From Nitrospira sp. UBA5699 (lineage in GTDB: Bacteria; Nitrospirota; Nitrospiria; Nitrospirales; Nitrospiraceae), in the NCBI GenBank assembly GCA_002420105.1, contig DIHJ01000038.1, positions 76,504-140,503 of the forward strand: a stretch of DNA of 64,000 bases, in the 5' to 3' direction. The notes under the pieces are model-generated. The model was given only the letters and a program-made list of their open reading frames with translations, ran no database searches and had not been told where the DNA came from. The position numbers were made by a program, and so were the translations under genes. Of the stretch, positions 15,418 to 26,341 are shown piece by piece; within the stretch, counting starts at the first letter, position 1, and every line of letters begins with the position of its first letter.

Positions 15418-16686
15418 CTAGGGAAGTTGTTCGCAGGCGGGAATCGAACCCAGCACGCAAGCACGTTCGAAATCGTCTTTGGCCAGCCGGCCTTGAGACC
15501 GGTTGCGATAGAGATTGGCGCGAGTGGCCAACGCTTCCACATTGGTCGGATCGACCCGTATGACCGTCGACAGGTCTTCCAACGCTTCTTCCTGGCGGTT
15601 CAGTTTGAGCAGGATGTCGCTTCGAAGCAGATAGGCTTCTTTTTGATAGGGAATCCAGCTGTCGGGGGTCTGCGCGTCGAGAAGCTTCTTGAGCGTGGCC
15701 AGCGCCTGCTGCCAGCGCTTTCCCTCCGCCTGCCGGCGGGCCTGGGTCGTGTAGACCCCGATCAGGCGCTGGCGCGCGATATCAAAGAACGGGTCCAGGG
15801 CAAGAGCTTGCTCATAGGAACCCGCCGCCTCGTCCGTTTGCTTGAGCCAGGTCTGCACATCGCCTTTCCCCACCCAGCTCCACGGGTTCTTGCCGTCAAG
15901 TTGCACGGCGCGCTCGAAGTCCGCTTTCGCGCTCTCGACGTGTCCGGCATATTCCTCCGGTTTCGCGCGCTGGGAGTAAGCCAGTGAGACGAGGCGCAGG
16001 TAGGTTTGCCCCCTGACGATCAACGGCTCCACCGAGGCCTGATCGAGACGGAAGGCCTCGCCGGCGAGCTGGATCTTTTCCCGCAGGTCCTGCGTGTGGA
16101 GTGCCGTGTCGAGCAGACTCTTCGCCCGTTGAGCCGGTTCGGATCTGCCGCCAGGCTCGATCGTCAGCATCCGGACGCCCACGGGCTGTTGCTGCAGCTC
16201 TTCGAGTTGCATACGCAGTTGCCGGTTCTCCTGCTGGAGGTGACGAAAATGCTCCGCAAGCTGCGCCTCCGACCTGAGCCTTCGAACGGCTTCGGCCAGG
16301 TTGCGCAAGTCGACGGTGGCCCGGATCCGCACGAAAAAGACGGGGCGATCGTTTTCGAAAGAGCGGCGCGATTCGAGGATCTCGGTCTCCGTGATGGCGG
16401 CGGCGATGGTGCGAATTTCCAGGGAGGCCGTGCGGACCGTTCGCCCCGATGATTCCCTTTCGAAATCGTGGAACGTCGATTCGAGATAGATGCCGGCCTC
16501 TTCCACCGCTCGGCGCTGGGCGCGCTGAAGCACCTTTTCTTCCGCCCCGGCCAGCGTGTCGCCATCGGCCATTACATACCGGGCTTCGGCTACCACGACG
16601 TTCCCGCCGGCAACCGAGACGGTCGGGCTCCACAGAAGAACCAGCGGGAGCATGGCGGCGAATGGCGGCAAGCCACGGGAATTCAT
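15418..16686 (-). CDS. Secreted TPR-repeat protein with a coiled-coil segment
   Basis: The ATG at 16686 gives a signal peptide (MNSRGLPPFAAMLPLVLLWSPTVSVAG). The C-terminal half carries TPR-like repeats. Confidence 0.7.
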   Translation of the reverse strand: MNSRGLPPFAAMLPLVLLWSPTVSVAGGNVVVAEARYVMADGDTLAGAEEKVLQRAQRRAVEEAGIYLESTFHDFERESSGRTVRTASLEIRTIAAAITETEILESRRSFENDRPVFFVRIRATVDLRNLAEAVRRLRSEAQLAEHFRHLQQENRQLRMQLEELQQQPVGVRMLTIEPGGRSEPAQRAKSLLDTALHTQDLREKIQLAGEAFRLDQASVEPLIVRGQTYLRLVSLAYSQRAKPEEYAGHVESAKADFERAVQLDGKNPWSWVGKGDVQTWLKQTDEAAGSYEQALALDPFFDIARQRLIGVYTTQARRQAEGKRWQQALATLKKLLDAQTPDSWIPYQKEAYLLRSDILLKLNRQEEALEDLSTVIRVDPTNVEALATRANLYRNRSQGRLAKDDFERACVLGSIPACEQLP

Positions 16687-16822
16687 GTTGTTAACTATAC
16701 CGCCGGTCGGAAGCCTCAGCAATGCGGCGAAAGGTGGGACTCATGACCGGAAGGCGAGAAGGCGTCGGCTTGAAATCGATTCTAGAACAATGACTTGTGT
16801 AAATTCATGTTCGATCGGCGCG

Positions 16823-17101
16823 TTAGCGTGGTTTGGGAAAAACCTGGGTGAAGGGATGAACTTCCACCCGCTCGAACACCCCGTTGACCGTATAAGGATC
16901 CTCCCGGGCAAACCGTTGAGCCTCTTCCAGGGAGTCCGCCTCAATCACGATGAGGCTTCCGGTCTTGTCGGTCAAGGGGCCGGCCAGCACGACCCGACCC
17001 TGTTGGTCGAGCGGCTCCATGTTGGCCAGATGGGCCGGACGGTGGATCTTACGTTTGGCTTCGCCGTCAGGGCCGTCGAAACCGAGAATGACGAACTTCA
17101 T
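16823..17101 (-). CDS. YciI-family protein
   Basis: The 92-aa product has YciI-like blocks: HLANMEPL, GPLTDKTGSLIVIEADSLEEAQRFAREDPY. Confidence 0.7.
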   Translation of the reverse strand: MKFVILGFDGPDGEAKRKIHRPAHLANMEPLDQQGRVVLAGPLTDKTGSLIVIEADSLEEAQRFAREDPYTVNGVFERVEVHPFTQVFPKPR

Positions 17102-17127
17102 AATAAGCGGAGCACACGAACTTCCCG

Positions 17128-17541
17128 TTACTGGACGGAGTCTTCAAGAGGACAACGGTCCTTATAACCCGTGGTCGTCTCATGCCACCACCTGATCTCT
17201 TGTTCCCCGAGTTTCCAACAGAGAAAGACCACACGGCCGTCTCGAAGATGCGGAAAGTCGCAAAGGCCGAGCTCAAGGTCCTTCACCAGAACGCCGAACT
17301 CCTGGATCGCCTGGAGGTTGGTGCTGATCTGCTGCAGGCTCGCGATATACAAGGGGCCGAGCGCGCTTCCCCCTCCGTATTCGGCCTGGGCGCTGGCTTT
17401 CCGGATGTCCTCCTTGGTCCGGCCCAAGACGGCTTTGGCCTGACGGACGGAAGTCAGCCGCGTATTGAGTTGAGGAATGAGATGATTGGCCTCCGCCAGT
17501 GTGAAGAGCCGGTCATGTTCCTGATCGTCATCTCGCGCCAT
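17128..17541 (-). CDS. DUF2203-like hypothetical protein
   Basis: FTLAEANHLIPQL...VLVKDLELGLCDFP...VFLCWKLGE resembles DUF2203. This rests on recollection only. Confidence 0.5.
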   Translation of the reverse strand: MARDDDQEHDRLFTLAEANHLIPQLNTRLTSVRQAKAVLGRTKEDIRKASAQAEYGGGSALGPLYIASLQQISTNLQAIQEFGVLVKDLELGLCDFPHLRDGRVVFLCWKLGEQEIRWWHETTTGYKDRCPLEDSVQ

Positions 17542-17687
17542 GGGATACTCCTGCGACCAGGGCTCTTTAGCACACCGGTCTTTCTTCCTGCAACCTGAGC
17601 CGGCCCCGCAGGCTCCTTCGGAGGAGGGGCAGGCTCCTTACTCCCGCCGATCTCGACGGGCCGGTTTGGGGGGAACAGGTTTCTCTG

Positions 17688-17716
17688 TTGACAACCATGG
17701 CTCTGCGCGGTATGCT
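17688..17716 (+). promoter_or_regulatory. Candidate sigma-70 promoter upstream of rho
   Basis: TTGACA (17688-17693), a 17-nt spacer, then TATGCT (17711-17716). This implies a leader of about 300 nt. Confidence 0.4.
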
Positions 17717-18029
17717 CCCTCCAACGTTTCAATTCGGGTCTGCGTTCTCTCCACACACAAGACTTCCGGGGCATCTCTCGAAACACGCTACATGATCCGG
17801 TGAGTACGGGCGGATGAGTTCGGCTTTGGTTCCAGCGTACAAGATGATCCACGACTCAAAGACGGATACGTCCTTCACGACACATCCTCTCTAGCCAAGA
17901 TACAATCGCCAACTCATTATCGGGCAGTTATTGCGCATCGTTTCATGGTTGATCACGTTCAGCACTTATCCTTGACCATTTAGCCGCGAGCGTAAGGGGA
18001 TATCTATGGCACAAACTAAGGGAGAGGTT

Positions 18030-19277
18030 ATGCATCTTGCCGAGTTGAAGCAGAAAACCATCGCCGATCTGAACGACGTCGCGCGCGATCTGAAGATCGA
18101 GGGCGCGGCCAATCTCCGCAAACAGGAGTTGATTTTCGCGATCCTCCAGGCGCAGACGGAAAAGAACGGTGTGGTCTTCGGCGAGGGAGTCCTGGAAACC
18201 CTTCCCGACGGATTCGGTTTCCTGCGGGCCCCTGATTCCAACTATCTTCCCGGTCCGGACGACATTTACATTTCCCCGTCTCAAATCCGCCGCTTCAACC
18301 TCCGCACCGGCGACATTGTGTCGGGGCAGATTCGGCCTCCCAAGGAGAGCGAACGTTACTTCGCGCTGCTCAAAGTCGAGAAGGTCAATTATGAGGATCC
18401 GGAAGTCGCCCGGGACAAGATTCTCTTCGACAACCTGACCCCGCTGTATCCGGAAGAACGGCTCAACCTCGAGTTCGATCGCGAGGAATACTGCACCCGG
18501 GTCATGGATCTGACTACGCCGATCGGCAAGGGCCAGCGCGGATTGATCGTCGCGGCGCCCCGAACCGGAAAGACCATGTTGTTGCAGGCCATCGCCCGCG
18601 CCATTCTCAAGAACCACAAGGAAGTGACGCTGATCGTGCTGCTGATCGACGAGCGGCCGGAGGAAGTCACCGATTGGCAACGCCAGGTCAAGGCCGAAGT
18701 CATCAGTTCGACGTTCGATGAGCCGGCGCAACGCCACGCCCAGGTGGCCGAAATGGTTCTGGAAAAGGCCAAGCGGCTTGTCGAGCACAAGAAGGACGTG
18801 GTCATTCTTCTGGACAGCATCACGCGGTTGGCCCGCGCGTACAACACGATTGCGCCGCCGAGCGGCAAGGTCCTGTCGGGCGGTCTGGACTCCAACGCGC
18901 TGCAGCGGCCCAAGCGGTTCTTCGGCGCGGCCCGCAATATCGAGAACGGCGGCAGCTTGACGATTATGGCGACCGCGCTCGTCGATACGGGCAGCCGCAT
19001 GGACGACGTGATCTTCGAAGAATTCAAGGGGACCGGCAATATGGAAGTCCATCTCGACCGCCGTCTGGCCGACAAGCGTATTTTCCCGGCCATCGACATC
19101 AGCCAGTCCGGCACCCGCAAGGAGGAATTGCTGGTGGACAAGGACCGGCTCAACAAGATGTGGATCCTGCGGAAGGTCCTCAGCCCGTTGGGGACGATGG
19201 AAGCCATGGAGTTCCTGATGGACAAGGTCCAGGGGACCAAGACCAATCAGGAGTTCCTGCAGTCCATGAACCGGTAA
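18030..19277 (+). CDS. rho: Transcription termination factor Rho
   Basis: [14 protein letters not shown] aligns with the Rho N-terminus, and an AAGGGAGAGG RBS precedes the ATG at 18030. The Walker A motif is APRTGKT and the RNA-binding domain shows GFGFLR. Confidence 0.95.
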   Translation: MHLAELKQKTIADLNDVARDLKIEGAANLRKQELIFAILQAQTEKNGVVFGEGVLETLPDGFGFLRAPDSNYLPGPDDIYISPSQIRRFNLRTGDIVSGQIRPPKESERYFALLKVEKVNYEDPEVARDKILFDNLTPLYPEERLNLEFDREEYCTRVMDLTTPIGKGQRGLIVAAPRTGKTMLLQAIARAILKNHKEVTLIVLLIDERPEEVTDWQRQVKAEVISSTFDEPAQRHAQVAEMVLEKAKRLVEHKKDVVILLDSITRLARAYNTIAPPSGKVLSGGLDSNALQRPKRFFGAARNIENGGSLTIMATALVDTGSRMDDVIFEEFKGTGNMEVHLDRRLADKRIFPAIDISQSGTRKEELLVDKDRLNKMWILRKVLSPLGTMEAMEFLMDKVQGTKTNQEFLQSMNR

Positions 19278-19367
19278 CATCCACTTGTATCTGATCGGCC
19301 AGACAGGGTACAGTGACGGGCCTTCGAATGGGCGAAGGTCGATGGATCTGACGGTAGGAGTAGGATC

Positions 19368-19574
19368 ATGAAGAAGGGCATTCATCCGTTGTATCGGGAA
19401 GCCACGGTGCACTGCGCCTGCGGCAACAGCTATAAGACGCGGTCGACCGTCGGCGACATCAATGTCGACATTTGCTCCAGTTGCCATCCGTTCTTTACGG
19501 GGACGCAAAAGATCGTCGATACCGAGGGACGTGTCGAGCGGTTCAAGAAGAAGTACGCGAAGAAGGGCAAGTAG
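19368..19574 (+). CDS. rpmE: 50S ribosomal protein L31
   Basis: MKKGIHPLY...CxC...[10 protein letters not shown] is the zinc-binding type A form. Confidence 0.95.
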   Translation: MKKGIHPLYREATVHCACGNSYKTRSTVGDINVDICSSCHPFFTGTQKIVDTEGRVERFKKKYAKKGK

Positions 19575-19590
19575 CGGACCAGCAGTACAT

Positions 19591-19635
19591 AGAAGAGACC
19601 CTGCTTCGCTGAGGGGCAGGGTCTCTTCTTTTTTT
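19591..19635 (+). terminator. Rho-independent terminator after rpmE
   Basis: A perfect 14-bp stem, AGAAGAGACCCTGC/GCAGGGTCTCTTCT, is followed by a T6 tract. Confidence 0.85.
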
Positions 19636-19675
19636 GTGCCGAATCACGGGGCGCGCGGAGCGGAGTAGGGGACGC

Positions 19676-20758
19676 ATGGACGCGGGATTATTGAAAAAAT
19701 GGGAACTGCTTGCCGGCCGGTACGATGAGCTGACGACCCAGCTCATGGACCCTTCCGTCATCGGTCAGTCCACGCTGCTGGTGAAACTGACGAAGGAACG
19801 GACCGAGATCGAATCGGTCGCGCAGCTGTTTCACCGGTATCAGGAGATCCTCAAGCAGCTCGACGAAGCGGCTCACCTGCTCGCGGACCCGTCCGCCGGC
19901 GCCGAGCTGCAGGCGTTGGCGAGTGAAGAAAGCGCGCAGCTGGAGGCGGAACGAGGGCAGCTGGAGGCTCAGGTACTGGAGCAGCTGACGCCCAAGGACC
20001 CGCGCGACGAAAAGAACGTGTTTCTGGAAATTCGAGCCGGGACCGGCGGAGACGAAGCCGCGTTGTTCGCCGGCGATCTGTTCCGCATGTATGTGAAATT
20101 TGCGGAACGGCACAAGTTGAAGGTGGAAATCGTCGAGGCTTCCGAGACCGGCAAGGGAGGCTACAAGACGGTGATCGCGGTGATCGAGGGTAAGGGCGGA
20201 TACGGCCTGTTCAAGTACGAGAGCGGCGTGCACCGGGTCCAACGTGTGCCCGTCACGGAAGCGGCTGGCCGGATTCATACCTCGACCGTCACCGTGGCCG
20301 TCATGCCGGAGGTCGACGAGGTCGACGTGCAGATCGACCCGAAAGACCTGCGCATCGACACGTTTTGTTCGTCCGGCGCCGGCGGACAGAGCGTGAATAC
20401 GACCTACTCGGCGGTGCGCATCACGCACATTCCGACGGGGGTGGTCGTGTCCTGTCAGGATGAGCGATCGCAGTTGAAGAACCGGACGAAGGCCATGCGG
20501 ACTCTGCGGGCCAGAATCGTCGAGGCGGAGAGGGAAAAACAGGAAGCGGAAATCGCGCAAAGCCGGAAGGCTCAGGTCGGGACCGGCGATCGCAGCGAGA
20601 AGATTCGCACGTATAATTTTCCGCAGAATCGCGTGACCGACCACCGGGTCGGCGTGACGTTGCATAAGTTGGAGCAGGTGCTGGCCGGCGACATGGACGA
20701 ACTCGTCGAGGCGTTGCGTGCCCAACGGGATCATGCGGCCGTGGCGGAGGCTTCGTGA
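19676..20758 (+). CDS. prfA: Peptide chain release factor 1
   Basis: The protein has a GGQ motif (SGAGGQSVN) and a PVT tripeptide (RF1-type PxT). The ATG at 19676 gives a 360-aa product. Confidence 0.95.
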   Translation: MDAGLLKKWELLAGRYDELTTQLMDPSVIGQSTLLVKLTKERTEIESVAQLFHRYQEILKQLDEAAHLLADPSAGAELQALASEESAQLEAERGQLEAQVLEQLTPKDPRDEKNVFLEIRAGTGGDEAALFAGDLFRMYVKFAERHKLKVEIVEASETGKGGYKTVIAVIEGKGGYGLFKYESGVHRVQRVPVTEAAGRIHTSTVTVAVMPEVDEVDVQIDPKDLRIDTFCSSGAGGQSVNTTYSAVRITHIPTGVVVSCQDERSQLKNRTKAMRTLRARIVEAEREKQEAEIAQSRKAQVGTGDRSEKIRTYNFPQNRVTDHRVGVTLHKLEQVLAGDMDELVEALRAQRDHAAVAEAS

Positions 20759-21654
20759 CCACAGGAAACGCCCCTTGTCTTACCGGAGAGACCTGCACGA
20801 TCGGCGCGCTCCTTACGGAGATTCGTCGGCGACTTCTGGCCGCGGGAGTGGAGTCGGCCGATCAGGAAGCCCTGTGGTTGGTGGAGCATGCCCTTGGATT
20901 GTCCGGCGTCGCGCTGATCGTCGACGGCCGGCGGATGTTGTCCGGCCGCGAAGTCGCGACGGTGCAGAAGGCGGTCGCCCGGCGAGTCGGGCGGGAGCCT
21001 CTGCAATACATCTTGGGCACGCAGGAATTCTGCGGGCTGGAATTCGAAGTAAACCCGTCCGTCCTGATTCCCCGTCCCGAAACGGAATTGTTGGTCCGTG
21101 AGACGATTCGCCGGCTTCCGCGACGCCGCGGGGCGGTGCTGGTCGACGTGGGAACCGGCTCTGGTTGCCTGGCCGTGACGCTCGCCCGGTCGGTTCCGCA
21201 GGGACGAACCCTGGCGATCGACCTGTCCGACCGTGCGCTGGAGACGGCGAAACGGAACGCCCGCCGGCACGGCGTCGAGAGCGCGATTACATGGCTGGAA
21301 GGGGATCTCCTGGCTCCTCTGGCCGGGCGGGGGCTCGAGGGAACGGTGACGGCAATTCTGTCCAATCCGCCCTACATTCAAGCATCCGATTGGCCGACGC
21401 TCCAGCCGGAAGTGCGGTTCGAGCCTCGCACGGCGCTGATCGCCGGTCTCCGTGGGACCGAGCTGCACGAGCGGCTGTTGGACGAGGCGGTGCCGTTCCT
21501 GATGCCCGGCGGGCTGCTCGTCCTGGAACTGGGACGGGGACAGAGCGCGGCGCTCCGCCGGAAGGTCGGGACCATGCCGGCCTACAAGCCGGCGGACATC
21601 GTGTCCGACGACGCCGGCATCGACCGCGTGTTGATCGTCGAACGGGCCGGATAG
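20755..21654 (+). CDS. prmC: Release factor glutamine N5-methyltransferase
   Basis: The protein has an NPPY motif (SNPPYI) and a SAM-binding VDVGTGSG block. Its start overlaps the prfA stop as GTGA. Confidence 0.9.
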   Translation: MTTGNAPCLTGETCTIGALLTEIRRRLLAAGVESADQEALWLVEHALGLSGVALIVDGRRMLSGREVATVQKAVARRVGREPLQYILGTQEFCGLEFEVNPSVLIPRPETELLVRETIRRLPRRRGAVLVDVGTGSGCLAVTLARSVPQGRTLAIDLSDRALETAKRNARRHGVESAITWLEGDLLAPLAGRGLEGTVTAILSNPPYIQASDWPTLQPEVRFEPRTALIAGLRGTELHERLLDEAVPFLMPGGLLVLELGRGQSAALRRKVGTMPAYKPADIVSDDAGIDRVLIVERAG

Positions 21655-21659
21655 ATCCG

Positions 21660-22919
21660 ATGGACAAGATCGTCATTACAGGCGGGCCGTCGTTGCGGGG
21701 CGAAGTGCAGGTCAGCGGCGCGAAGAATTCCGCGCTTCCGATCCTGGCGTCGACGATTCTCGGCGGGGGCGAATGCGTCATCACCAACGTGCCGCGCGTA
21801 GTGGACGTCGTGACGATGGGGAAGCTGCTCGGTATCCTGGGCGCGACGGTCCATCATGAGGGCAACCGCGCCGCGATCAAAGCGGACGTGATTCACTCGA
21901 CGCAGGCGCCCTACGAACTGGTGAAGACGATGCGGGCCTCGGTGCTCGTGCTGGGTCCGCTGCTAGCCCGCTGGGGAGAAGCGACGGTATCGCTGCCGGG
22001 CGGGTGCGCGATCGGGTCCCGTCCGGTGAATCTGCACCTGGCCGGCCTGGCCAAGCTGGGCGCGGAGGTGTCCATCGAGCACGGCTACATTCGCGCGAAA
22101 GCCAAACGCCTGAAGGGGGCTCCCATCTACTGCGACGTGCCCACGGTGACCGGGACGGAAAATCTGATGATGGCCGCTTCGCTCGCGCAGGGGACCACGG
22201 TCATTGAAAATGCCGCAAAAGAACCGGAGATCGTCGACCTTGCGGACTTTCTGACCAAGCGCGGCGCTCGCATCAGCGGCGCCGGAACCGACATCATTAC
22301 GGTCGAAGGGGTGCGGGAACTCCGCGGGAGCGACCATGAGGTGATCCCGGACCGCATCGAGGCGGGCACGCATCTCGTCGCCGGCGCGATTACCAAAGGA
22401 TCGGTGTTGGTGAGCCGCTGCCGTCCGGAGCATCTCGAGCCGCTGCTGAACAAACTTCGGGAGGCCGGGGCCCGGATTCGGGTGGAAAAGGAACAGGTGC
22501 ATCTCGATGCCACGAAGACCGCCCGGTTGAAAGGCGTGGACGTGCGGACGCTGCCCTTCCCGGGTTTTCCCACCGACATGCAGGCGCAGATGGTCGCGCT
22601 TATGTCCGTGGCGGAAGGGACGAGCGTCGTGACCGAAACGGTGTTCGAAAGCCGTTTCATGCACGTCGAAGAGCTCCGCCGGATGGGGGCGGATATCCGC
22701 GTCGAAGGGAACCGGTTGGTGATCACGGGGCGGGAACAGCTGACCGGCGCGCCGGTGATGGCGTCGGATCTGCGCGCCAGCGCAGGGTTGATCCTGGCCG
22801 GTCTGGCGGCGGAGGGCATGACCGAAGTGCTGCGCGTCTACCATCTGGATCGCGGCTACGAGCGGATCGAGGAAAAACTACGCGGACTGGGGGCCGTCAT
22901 TGAACGACGGAAAGAGTGA
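21660..22919 (+). CDS. murA: UDP-N-acetylglucosamine 1-carboxyvinyltransferase
   Basis: [27 protein letters not shown] and the active-site GCAIGSRPV are present. The longer track ORF (from 21165) overlaps prmC and is rejected. Confidence 0.95.
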   Translation: MDKIVITGGPSLRGEVQVSGAKNSALPILASTILGGGECVITNVPRVVDVVTMGKLLGILGATVHHEGNRAAIKADVIHSTQAPYELVKTMRASVLVLGPLLARWGEATVSLPGGCAIGSRPVNLHLAGLAKLGAEVSIEHGYIRAKAKRLKGAPIYCDVPTVTGTENLMMAASLAQGTTVIENAAKEPEIVDLADFLTKRGARISGAGTDIITVEGVRELRGSDHEVIPDRIEAGTHLVAGAITKGSVLVSRCRPEHLEPLLNKLREAGARIRVEKEQVHLDATKTARLKGVDVRTLPFPGFPTDMQAQMVALMSVAEGTSVVTETVFESRFMHVEELRRMGADIRVEGNRLVITGREQLTGAPVMASDLRASAGLILAGLAAEGMTEVLRVYHLDRGYERIEEKLRGLGAVIERRKE

Positions 22920-22922
22920 CCG

Positions 22923-23627
22923 ATGCTGACCGTTGCGCTCTGCAAAGGCAAGTTGATCGAACCGACGCTCGAGCTCTTCTCGCGGGCGGGATACGGCGCG
23001 GCGCGGCTGGCGACCGACAGCCGCCGCCTGGTGTTCTCCTGCCCCGAGATCGGGATCACGTTCCTGATCGTCCGGCCCACCGACGTGCCCACCTACGTGG
23101 AATACGGGGCGGCGGACCTCGGCATCGTCGGCAAAGACGTCCTGCTGGAGCAGGACAGCGACGTCTACGAGCCATTGGATTTAGGGTTCGGAGCGTGTAG
23201 AATTGCCGTCGCCGCGCTCCGGGGGCAGGAATCTCGCGACCGGCTCTCTTCAAAAATCCGGATCGCCACCAAGTATCCGAAGATCACGGAGCGCTATTTC
23301 AACCAACGCGGCGTGCCGGTCGAAATCATCAAGCTCTACGGTTCGATCGAACTGGCCCCGATCGTCGGTCTGGCCGATCGGATCGTCGATCTGGTCGAGA
23401 CCGGCAACACGCTGAAGGCGCATGATCTGGTCGAAGTGGAGTGTATCGCGTTGTCCACTGCGCGCCTGATCGTCAATCGGGCCAGCCTCAAATTGAAGCA
23501 CCGGGCCGTGACGGAGTTGGTCAAAAAACTGCGCGCAGCATGTGCCGCATCGAAACGGCCGGGCAAGGCCGCTTCACCGAAGATTTCACGTGAGGCGGGC
23601 CGCAGGAAGAAACGGACGCGTGTATGA
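22923..23627 (+). CDS. hisG: ATP phosphoribosyltransferase (short HisG form with a basic C-terminal tail)
   Basis: The HisG catalytic-domain blocks RPTDVPTYVEYGAADLGIVGKD and LVETGNTL are present. There is no C-terminal regulatory domain. Confidence 0.9.
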   Translation: MLTVALCKGKLIEPTLELFSRAGYGAARLATDSRRLVFSCPEIGITFLIVRPTDVPTYVEYGAADLGIVGKDVLLEQDSDVYEPLDLGFGACRIAVAALRGQESRDRLSSKIRIATKYPKITERYFNQRGVPVEIIKLYGSIELAPIVGLADRIVDLVETGNTLKAHDLVEVECIALSTARLIVNRASLKLKHRAVTELVKKLRAACAASKRPGKAASPKISREAGRRKKRTRV

Positions 23628-24907
23628 AGATAGTCGTCTCCACAGATCGAGCCTTCGGTCCCGCGCTCAAGAAGGTCGCGTCGCGCGCGCGGGTACAGGG
23701 GGCGGCGGTCGAGAAGCCGGTCAGGGCGATCCTGCAAGCCGTCGAACGGGGCGGCGACAAGGCGATGCTCCGCTTCACCAGGCAATTCGACAAGGTCTCG
23801 CTCAAACCCGAGCAGTTGAAAGTCACCCCCGAAGAAATCAAAGAGGCGTATTTCCACATCCGCAAGGATGAGGGCGATGCGCTGCGGTTCGCCGCCGAGC
23901 GGATTACGGCCTTTCATGAACGGCAGCGGACCAAGACCTGGATGTATCAGGACGGAGCCGCGACCTTGGGGCAGGTGGTGACGCCCATCGATGCGGTCGG
24001 GGTGTACGTGCCGGGCGGGAAAGCGGTGTACCCCTCGACGGTGCTGATGAGCGCCATCCCGGCCAGGGTGGCCGGCGTGCCGCGGATCGTGATGGTCACG
24101 CCGCCGCAAAAAGGGGGGATCAATCCCTATCTGCTCGTGGCGGCGGACATCGCCGGAGTGACCGACATCTACCGGGTCGGCGGGGTTCAGGCGATCGGTG
24201 CGCTGGCATTCGGCACGAAGACCATTCCCAAGGTCGACAAGATCGTCGGCCCGGGGAATATCTACGTCGCGACGGCGAAACGGATGCTGTACGGAACGGT
24301 GGGGATCGACATGGTGGCCGGCCCCAGCGAGCTGCTCGTGGTGGCCGATGACGAGGCCAAGCCCGCGCACGTGGCGGCCGACCTGCTCTGCGAAGCCGAA
24401 CACGACGAAGACGCGCAGGTCTGGCTGGTAACGACCTCCGCCTCGTTGGCCAAGGACGTGGTCCGGTTGGTCGAGAGTCAGCTCAAGGGATTGCAGCGCG
24501 AGAAGATCGCGGCCAAGTCGGTCGCGCGGCATTCGGTGGCGTTTGTCGTCACGACGCTGGACGAAGCCATCGACGTGGCCAATGAGATTGCGGCGGAACA
24601 CCTCACGTTGTCCGTCGACGAGCCGTTCGATTACCTGGAAAAAATCCGACACGCGGGCGCGCTGTTCCTGGGCCGCTATACGCCGCCCTCGGTCGCGGAC
24701 TATATCGCCGGGCCGAATCACGTGCTGCCGACGGGCGCGACGGCCCGGTTTTTCTCCGCGTTGTCGCTGCACGACTACACGAAGATCAGCAACATCGTGC
24801 ATTACACGAAGGAGGAACTGAGCAAAGTGAAGGATCACCTTGTCCGGCTCGCTCACATTGAAGGGTTCGACGCGCATGCCAAGTCGGCCCAAAGCAGGTT
24901 CTCATGA
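23624..24907 (+). CDS. hisD: Histidinol dehydrogenase
   Basis: The blocks [24 protein letters not shown] and [10 protein letters not shown] are present. The gene overlaps hisG by 4 nt. Confidence 0.95.
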   Translation: MKIVVSTDRAFGPALKKVASRARVQGAAVEKPVRAILQAVERGGDKAMLRFTRQFDKVSLKPEQLKVTPEEIKEAYFHIRKDEGDALRFAAERITAFHERQRTKTWMYQDGAATLGQVVTPIDAVGVYVPGGKAVYPSTVLMSAIPARVAGVPRIVMVTPPQKGGINPYLLVAADIAGVTDIYRVGGVQAIGALAFGTKTIPKVDKIVGPGNIYVATAKRMLYGTVGIDMVAGPSELLVVADDEAKPAHVAADLLCEAEHDEDAQVWLVTTSASLAKDVVRLVESQLKGLQREKIAAKSVARHSVAFVVTTLDEAIDVANEIAAEHLTLSVDEPFDYLEKIRHAGALFLGRYTPPSVADYIAGPNHVLPTGATARFFSALSLHDYTKISNIVHYTKEELSKVKDHLVRLAHIEGFDAHAKSAQSRFS

Positions 24908-25512
24908 AAAAGAACGGCGCGGCGCCCAGGCAGGCTTCTCTGCATCGTGCGACGAAAGAAACGGACATTCGCGTCGAATGGACGCTCGACGGGAGCGGGC
25001 AGGGAAAGATCGACACCAGCATCCGGTTTCTCGATCACATGCTCGAACTGCTCGCGAAACACGGGTTTTTCGATCTGACGGTGCAAGCGAAGGGCGACAT
25101 CGACATCGACGAGCATCACACGGTCGAGGATGTCGGCATCGTCATGGGCAAGGCGCTGCATCAGGCGCTGGGCGAGAAGGCGGGCATCAAGCGGTTCGGC
25201 TTCGCCTCGGCGCCGCTCGATGAAACGCTGGCGCAGGTGACGGTGGATCTCAGCGGCAGGCCGTTTCTCGTCTACAACGTCAACCTGCCCGATCGGAAGA
25301 TCAAATCCTTCGATCTGGGGTTGTTCGAAGATTTCTTCCAAGCGTTCGTGACGCACGGCGGGCTGAATCTCCACGTGAATCTGCTGTACGGCCGCAACCC
25401 GCACCATATTATGGAGGCCATCTTCAAAGGGCTGGCCAAGGCGCTGGACCAGGCGACCATGCCGGAGGACCGGCTGGCGGGAAAGGTTCTGTCGACGAAG
25501 GGGACGTTGTAG
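24904..25512 (+). CDS. hisB: Imidazoleglycerol-phosphate dehydratase
   Basis: The blocks [19 protein letters not shown] and [12 protein letters not shown] are present. Confidence 0.95.
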   Translation: MKKNGAAPRQASLHRATKETDIRVEWTLDGSGQGKIDTSIRFLDHMLELLAKHGFFDLTVQAKGDIDIDEHHTVEDVGIVMGKALHQALGEKAGIKRFGFASAPLDETLAQVTVDLSGRPFLVYNVNLPDRKIKSFDLGLFEDFFQAFVTHGGLNLHVNLLYGRNPHHIMEAIFKGLAKALDQATMPEDRLAGKVLSTKGTL

Positions 25513-25541
25513 GCGGAGGACGTTGCAGAATACACAACGAA

Positions 25542-25577
25542 GGGGCAGGCTGCCGGTGCGGCCTGCCCCTTTTTGTT
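25542..25577 (+). terminator. Rho-independent terminator after hisB
   Basis: GGGGCAGGC (25542-25550) pairs with GCCTGCCCC (25561-25569) and is followed by TTTTTGTT. Confidence 0.7.
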
Positions 25578-25698
25578 GCGGAGAGGGGAGTGGCAGGTTG
25601 CAGCCGGTTGCGGTATGGTTACGGCCTTACGGCTAAGCATGGGGCAAGAGGTGAGAGGCATTAGGGTGCCTCGAACCTCGCACCTTTACGAAGTGGAT

Positions 25699-26310
25699 AT
25701 GATCGCGATTATCGATTACGGTATGGGGAATCTGCGGAGTGTCTCCAAGGCCTTCGAGGCGGTGGGACACCGGGCGGCGGTGACGCGGGACGCGGCTGCG
25801 ATCAGGAACGCCAGCCATGTGGTGCTGCCCGGCGTCGGGGCGTTCGGCGACTGCATGGGGAATCTGGAGCGTTTCGGCCTGGTCGAGTCCATTCGATCGA
25901 CGATTCAGTCCGGGAAGCCGTTCCTCGGCATCTGCCTGGGCCTGCAACTGCTGTTTACCGAAAGCGAGGAATTCGGCCTGCACAAGGGACTCGACATCGT
26001 GCCCGGGCGGGTCAGAAAGTTCACGGTCGATCCCGGGTTGAAAGTGCCCCACGTGGGATGGAATCAGGTCGAGATGCAGCGGGCCTGCCCCCTGTTCGAG
26101 GGCATTGCGGACGGGTCGAACTGGTACTTCGTGCATTCCTATTTCGTGGACCCCGCCGATCGCTCGGTTGCGGCGACCACGACGACCTACGGCTTCCCGT
26201 TCGTCTCGAGCATCTGGCGGGACAACGTCGTGGCCTGTCAATTCCATCCGGAGAAGAGCCAGTCGGTGGGGTTGCGATTGATCAAGAATTTTGGAGTCTG
26301 GCGTGCATAG
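25699..26310 (+). CDS. hisH: Imidazole glycerol phosphate synthase, glutaminase subunit
   Basis: MIAIIDYGMGNLRSV, the catalytic Cys in GICLGLQ, and QFHPEKS are present. Confidence 0.95.
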   Translation: MIAIIDYGMGNLRSVSKAFEAVGHRAAVTRDAAAIRNASHVVLPGVGAFGDCMGNLERFGLVESIRSTIQSGKPFLGICLGLQLLFTESEEFGLHKGLDIVPGRVRKFTVDPGLKVPHVGWNQVEMQRACPLFEGIADGSNWYFVHSYFVDPADRSVAATTTTYGFPFVSSIWRDNVVACQFHPEKSQSVGLRLIKNFGVWRA

Positions 26311-26341
26311 CCGTCCGGCCGGGAGAGGGACCGGAGACACG

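Noticed and set aside
21165-21659. Long N-terminal extensions of murA (from 21165), hisIE (from 28293), pssA (from 41254), queA (from 49223), prfA (from 19634), hisH (from 25573) and ilvB (from 37713).
   Set aside because: The extensions overlap the preceding well-supported genes or lack similarity to the family N-termini. Internal ATG or GTG codons with an RBS, or with stop-start overlaps, match the canonical protein starts.
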